From: an uncultured Porphyromonadaceae bacterium
GTDB lineage: Bacteria > Bacteroidota > Bacteroidia > Bacteroidales > Muribaculaceae
Direction of reading: 5' to 3'
Length of the DNA stretch: 64,000 bases
Assembly (NCBI GenBank): GCA_900546365.1
Contig: URCF01000006.1
Location: forward strand, 18,294 to 82,293
A program made the position numbers and the translations under genes. The notes below the pieces were generated by a model. The model was not told where the DNA came from and did no database searches. It saw only the letters and a program-made list of their open reading frames with translations. Positions 59,333 through 64,000 of this stretch are shown piece by piece (the first letter of the stretch is position 1; each line of letters begins with the position of its first letter).

Positions 59333-60729
59333 ACGGCACTTTTTTAGCAGCAGACTTCGGTGCAGGGAGCGGGCGTATAATCGCCGGCACCCTGCACCGC
59401 GGCAAGCTGGTGCTCGAGGAGATCCACCGGTTCGCCAACCGCAGAGTGAAGCTTGGACAACATATCTACTGGGACCTGCCGATGCTTTACGGCGAGATGC
59501 TGGAAGGGTTGCGCAAAAGTGCGGAGCGATACAGCGATATCGTAAGCATCGGCATCGACACCTGGGGCGTGGATTTCGGTCTGGTGGACATCAACGGTGC
59601 CCCGCTGGGGCTGCCGGTATGCTACCGCGACAGCTCCACCGACCCCTACCCGGCCCTGCTGGAGGAGATGGTGGGCGCACAGCGGCTCTATCAGGAATCG
59701 GGACTGCAGCCAATGGCCATCAACAGCGTGTACAGGCTCATGTCCATGATGAATGAGAACGACCCTAAGCTCAACGCCGCGAACCACCTGCTGTTCATGC
59801 CCGACCTCCTGGCCTACTTCCTTTGCGGCCGCGCTGCAAATGAATACACCATAGCCTCCACCTCACAGCTGCTTGATGCCCGCACGCGACAATGGAACCC
59901 CGAACTGATGTCGCGGCTCAACCTGCGCAGCAACATATTCGGTCCGCTTGTGCAGCCGGGCACAACATTAGGCCCTATTCTCCCGGATGTGGCCGAACTC
60001 ACCGGGCTGAGCGAACAGGTGCAGATAGTGGCCGTGGGAGGCCACGACACCGCATGCGCGGTTCATGCAGCCGCCACCACACCCCAATACACCCCCGGCA
60101 GCACAGCTTTTCTCAGTTCCGGCACATGGTCGCTGCTGGGTGTGGAGCTCGACGAGCCGGTGACAAGCGAGGAAGCCCGCATTGCAGGGTTTGCAAACGA
60201 AGGAGGCACCTGCGGCCGAATCCATTTCCTTCAAAACATCACCGGGCTCTGGATTCTCCAGCAGCTTGTGGAGCAATGGAAGCGAGAGGGAGAGGAAACA
60301 TCCTACCCGCGCCTTGTGGAGATGGCCGGACAGTCAGACTACCGCAGCATCATTGATGTTGACAATCCATGCTTCACCAATCCCCGGAGCATGAGCGACG
60401 CCATACGGCAATATTGCACCGGCCACGGCATCGTGCCACCCTCCTCTCAGGCCGACATGGTGCGCTGCGTGCTGGAGTCACTGGCCGACCGCTATCGCCG
60501 CGGCATAGAGCAGCTCAATGCCCTCATCCCCCGACCCGTAAGCCGCATCCATATTATCGGAGGAGGGTCACGCAACACTCTGCTCAACGAGCTCACCGCC
60601 CGCGCCACCGGACTTGAGGTGACTGTCGGGCCGGCAGAGGCAACCGCTGTCGGCAACATCCTCATCCAGGCCGAAGCATGCGGTGCGTTACACCATTCTG
60701 ACAGCAACATTGAAATCATAGAACCATGA
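59329..60729 (+). CDS. fucK: L-fuculokinase (rhamnulokinase family)
   Basis: LAADFGAGSGR, IDTWGVDF, HDTA, SSGTWSLLG, NITGLWILQ. Confidence 0.85.
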   Translation: MNGTFLAADFGAGSGRIIAGTLHRGKLVLEEIHRFANRRVKLGQHIYWDLPMLYGEMLEGLRKSAERYSDIVSIGIDTWGVDFGLVDINGAPLGLPVCYRDSSTDPYPALLEEMVGAQRLYQESGLQPMAINSVYRLMSMMNENDPKLNAANHLLFMPDLLAYFLCGRAANEYTIASTSQLLDARTRQWNPELMSRLNLRSNIFGPLVQPGTTLGPILPDVAELTGLSEQVQIVAVGGHDTACAVHAAATTPQYTPGSTAFLSSGTWSLLGVELDEPVTSEEARIAGFANEGGTCGRIHFLQNITGLWILQQLVEQWKREGEETSYPRLVEMAGQSDYRSIIDVDNPCFTNPRSMSDAIRQYCTGHGIVPPSSQADMVRCVLESLADRYRRGIEQLNALIPRPVSRIHIIGGGSRNTLLNELTARATGLEVTVGPAEATAVGNILIQAEACGALHHSDSNIEIIEP

Positions 60730-62045
60730 AATCCAAACCTACATCCGCGCCGCTGGTACCACGCCGCTACGCGGTTACTTTCGTGCTTATCACCCTGCTG
60801 TTCGCATTGTGGGGATTCGCCAACGACATCACCAACCCCATGGTGGCAGCTTTCCAGACAGTGATGGAGCTGTCGGCGGCCAAAGCCTCGATGGTGCAGT
60901 TTGCCTTCTACGGCGGATATGCCACCATGGCTGTGCCGGCGGCACTGTTCATCCGACGGTTCAACTACAAAAGCGGAGTGCTCCTCGGGCTCGGGCTGTA
61001 CGCCATCGGTGCGTTTCTGTTCATCCCCGCGGCACAATACCAGCAATTTTCTTTTTTCTGCATATCGCTGTATGTGCTCACCTTCGGATTGGCATTTCTT
61101 GAAACTTCCGCCAACCCCTTCATCCTGTCGCTCGGTGACAAAGCGACAGCCACCCGACGCCTCAACCTTGCGCAGGCGTTCAATCCGGTCGGCTCGCTGT
61201 CGGGCATGGCTGTGGCATCGTTCATTGTGCTGCCTCAGCTCGCCTCGGAGATACGCAACAACGCGGGTCAACTGATATTCTCCACACTGCCCGAGAGCGA
61301 GAAAGCGGCTATAAGGGTGCACGACCTCGCCGTAATCCGCGACCCATACGTGGCACTCGGTCTGGTGGTGCTCGTGATATTTCTGGTGATTCTGTGCGTG
61401 AAGATGCCGTCCACCGACCACCGTGGCGAGAAAGTGAGCTCCATGGACTCGCTGCGTCGGCTCTGGAAGAACCATCACTACACCTGGGGCGTGTTCACGC
61501 AGATGTTCTACGTGGCGGCACAGATTATGGTGTGGACCTTCATCATCCAGTATGCCGACAATCTCGGCATTGACAAAGCCACTGCCCAGCTCTACAATAT
61601 CGTGGCCATGAGCCTTGCCCTCACCTTCAGGTTTGTGGGCACATATCTGATGAAATATTTCAACCCCCACACCATGCTCACCATTTTCGGCATCGGAGCC
61701 TCGGTGTGCACCCTCGGCGCCATCCTGTGGGTGGGGATGGGAGGTTTGATATGCCTTGTGGCCATCAGCGCATTCATGTCCATCATGTTTCCCACCATCT
61801 ACGGCATAGCGCTGGAAAATGTGCACGAACGCGACACCTCGCTGGGAGCGGCATTCCTGGTAATGGCTATTGTGGGCGGTGCACTGATGCCACCGCTGCA
61901 GGGACTTGTCATCGACCAACAGCAGCTGCTTGGACTTCCGGCAGTGAATGTGTCATTCGCACTGCCTCTTGTATGCTTCATAATAGTGGCTGCATACGGA
62001 AAGACGGCCTCCAACATATCACAATCAAGAACCGATAGCAAATAA
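60726..62045 (+). CDS. fucP: L-fucose:H+ symporter
   Basis: LFALWGFAND, QFAFYGGY, LETSANP, RRLNLAQAFNP, MSIMFPTIY. Confidence 0.94.
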   Translation: MKSKPTSAPLVPRRYAVTFVLITLLFALWGFANDITNPMVAAFQTVMELSAAKASMVQFAFYGGYATMAVPAALFIRRFNYKSGVLLGLGLYAIGAFLFIPAAQYQQFSFFCISLYVLTFGLAFLETSANPFILSLGDKATATRRLNLAQAFNPVGSLSGMAVASFIVLPQLASEIRNNAGQLIFSTLPESEKAAIRVHDLAVIRDPYVALGLVVLVIFLVILCVKMPSTDHRGEKVSSMDSLRRLWKNHHYTWGVFTQMFYVAAQIMVWTFIIQYADNLGIDKATAQLYNIVAMSLALTFRFVGTYLMKYFNPHTMLTIFGIGASVCTLGAILWVGMGGLICLVAISAFMSIMFPTIYGIALENVHERDTSLGAAFLVMAIVGGALMPPLQGLVIDQQQLLGLPAVNVSFALPLVCFIIVAAYGKTASNISQSRTDSK

Positions 62046-62051
62046 ATATTT

Positions 62052-63305
62052 ATGACAACCAATCATTCCACACAATCCAAAGTCTATCCATGGGTGGTTG
62101 TAGGCCTCCTGTGGGTGGTGGCTTTGCTCAACTATATGGACCGCCAGATGCTCTCGACCATGCAGGTGTCGATGGGCGAAACCATTCATCCTATCCTCGA
62201 CCCGGTGAATTTCGGCCGTTTGATGGCTATCTTTCTATGGATCTACGGCTTCATGAGTCCCATATCCGGTGCCATCGCCGATAAGCTCAACCGCAAATGG
62301 CTCATTGTCGGCAGCCTCGGCGTGTGGTCGGCTGTCACCCTTCTGATGGGGTATTGCTCCACTTTTGACCAAATCTACTGGCTTCGCGCCCTGATGGGTG
62401 TGAGCGAAGCGCTCTATATACCCGCCGCCCTAAGCCTCATAGCCGACTATTTCACCGGCCGAGGACGCTCCCTGGCTGTGGGCATACACATGACCGGACT
62501 CTACATGGGTCAGGCTCTCGGTGGCTTCGGTGCCACTGTGGCCCACGCCTACTCATGGCAGCAGACATTCCATGTGTTCGGTATCATCGGCATTGCCTAC
62601 GCAGTGGTGCTGATTCTCGTGCTGCGCGATGTGCGCCGCACTCCCGCCGAACAGAAGGAAGCGAACACACCGCTGGGCGTCACCCTCAAGAGCATGCTCC
62701 AAGGGTTTGGGATGGTGTTCTCAATGATAGCGTTCTGGGTGATTCTCTTCTTCTTCGCATCCTCATCACTACCCGGCTGGGCCACCAAAAACTGGCTCCC
62801 CACCCTGTTTGCCAACTCGCTCGGCATATCTCCCGCTGAAGCCGGACCGCTGGCCACCATCACCATCGCGGCAAGCTCGTTTGTAGGCGTGATGGTAGGC
62901 GGCCCGCTCTCCGACCGATGGGTGCGCCGCAATGTCAGGGGCCGCATCTACACCTCAGCCATAGGTATGGCCATGATGGTGCCGGCACTGGTTCTTATCG
63001 GCCTCGGCCACAACATCTATGCCGCCATAGGCGCAGGTCTTTTCTTCGGCCTCGGCTACGGTATGTTCGACGCCAACAATATGCCTATCCTCTGCCAGTT
63101 CGTGCCCTCGCGCCTGCGTGCTTCGGCCTACGGTGTGATGAACATGGTGGGAGTATTTGCCGGTGCCGCCACCACCTCCGTGCTCGGATCATGGGCCAAG
63201 GATGGCAACCTCGGCCTCGGCTTCGCTCTGATGGCTGTGGTGATATTCATAGCCATGGCACTGCAGCTCACACTCCTCCGTCCCACTTCCGACAACAAAG
63301 AATAA
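62052..63305 (+). CDS. nanT: MFS transporter, probable sialic acid permease (Bacteroides NanT-like)
   Basis: YPWVVVGLLWVVALLNYMDRQMLSTM, LPGWATKNWLPTLF, FDANNMPILCQF; adjacent to the lyase gene. Confidence 0.78.
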   Translation: MTTNHSTQSKVYPWVVVGLLWVVALLNYMDRQMLSTMQVSMGETIHPILDPVNFGRLMAIFLWIYGFMSPISGAIADKLNRKWLIVGSLGVWSAVTLLMGYCSTFDQIYWLRALMGVSEALYIPAALSLIADYFTGRGRSLAVGIHMTGLYMGQALGGFGATVAHAYSWQQTFHVFGIIGIAYAVVLILVLRDVRRTPAEQKEANTPLGVTLKSMLQGFGMVFSMIAFWVILFFFASSSLPGWATKNWLPTLFANSLGISPAEAGPLATITIAASSFVGVMVGGPLSDRWVRRNVRGRIYTSAIGMAMMVPALVLIGLGHNIYAAIGAGLFFGLGYGMFDANNMPILCQFVPSRLRASAYGVMNMVGVFAGAATTSVLGSWAKDGNLGLGFALMAVVIFIAMALQLTLLRPTSDNKE

Positions 63306-63328
63306 CAACCTAACTATTCAATACTACA

Positions 63329-64000
63329 ATGGAAAAAATCAATGGGCTTATCGATGCCCCTTTTACCCCGTTTCATGAAAACGGCGATGTCAACCTCGCT
63401 CCTATCCCGGCCTACGCCACCATGCTCAAGAATAATGGACTCAAAGGCGTGTTTGTCAACGGTTCGTCCGGAGAAGGATATATGCTCACCGATGACGAGC
63501 GCATGGCTATAGCCGAAGCCTGGATTGACGCCACAAAAGATTTTGAGGATTTCAAAGTGATTGTACATGTGGGAAGCTGCTGCCTGCGCTCCGCCAAAAA
63601 GCTCGCCGAGCACGCTGCCAAAATCGGGGCCTACGGTATCGGTGCCATGGCTCCTCCTTTCCCCAAAATCGGTCGCGTGGAAGAGCTGGTGAAATATATC
63701 GAAGGGATTGTGGAAGGCGCTCCCGAACTGCCGTTCTACTACTACCATATCCCCGCTTTCAACGGTGCTTTCCTGCCGATGCTCGACCTGCTCAAGGCTG
63801 TGGATGGCCGTGTGCCCTCCTTTGCCGGTATCAAATACACCTTCGAGAGCCTGTATGAGTACAACCAGTGCCGCCTGTACAAAAACGGCAAATACGATAT
63901 GCTCCACGGTCAGGACGAAACAATTCTGCCTTGTCTCGCCATGGGCGGTGCCAATGGCGGCATCGGTGGCACCACCAACTACAATGGCCGCGAACTCGTG
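63329..64000 (+). CDS. nanL: N-acetylneuraminate lyase (Bacteroides NanL type), partial (runs off right edge)
   Basis: Manual translation MEKINGLIDAPFTPF...NGSSGEG...FYYYHIPAFNG...GIKYTFES...GIGGTTNY. Confidence 0.88.
   Translation, partial: MEKINGLIDAPFTPFHENGDVNLAPIPAYATMLKNNGLKGVFVNGSSGEGYMLTDDERMAIAEAWIDATKDFEDFKVIVHVGSCCLRSAKKLAEHAAKIGAYGIGAMAPPFPKIGRVEELVKYIEGIVEGAPELPFYYYHIPAFNGAFLPMLDLLKAVDGRVPSFAGIKYTFESLYEYNQCRLYKNGKYDMLHGQDETILPCLAMGGANGGIGGTTNYNGRELV

Overview
This window is Bacteroidales chromosomal DNA, most consistent with Muribaculaceae (TAnnTTTG -7 promoters, type IX secretion cargo, Bacteroidales gene order; taxon inferred, not searched). It is mostly housekeeping: cydAB, tRNA-Val, ftsX-uppP-truB-queA, rplU-rpmA, sdh/frd CAB, porV-ispF, korAB, pyrC, rex, birA, lptE, secG, pfkA and an RsmF-like methyltransferase. 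It also carries T9SS cargo (M6 metalloprotease, 1509-aa cleaved-adhesin protein, LRR protein, C25 gingipain-like protease) and a joined fucose plus sialic acid catabolic operon running off the right edge. The most striking element is a compact 4.2-kb phage head module at 47897-52104: scaffold-like, major capsid, adaptor-like, portal and one unknown gene, all with uninterrupted reading frames. It sits between secG and the RsmF-like gene with no integrase, terminase, tail, lysis or replication genes and no att repeats seen. It has host-type promoters sharing a repeated motif, ATGA-coupled genes and its own terminator, so it is a candidate domesticated capsid system (GTA-like locus, nanocompartment or phage-interference module). 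Other oddities include a lipoprotein gene flanked by 53-bp direct repeats, dispersed 9-bp repeat arrays, several apparently leaderless genes and a catalytically degenerate FAH protein. All family calls come from motif recognition by eye; no database searches were run.
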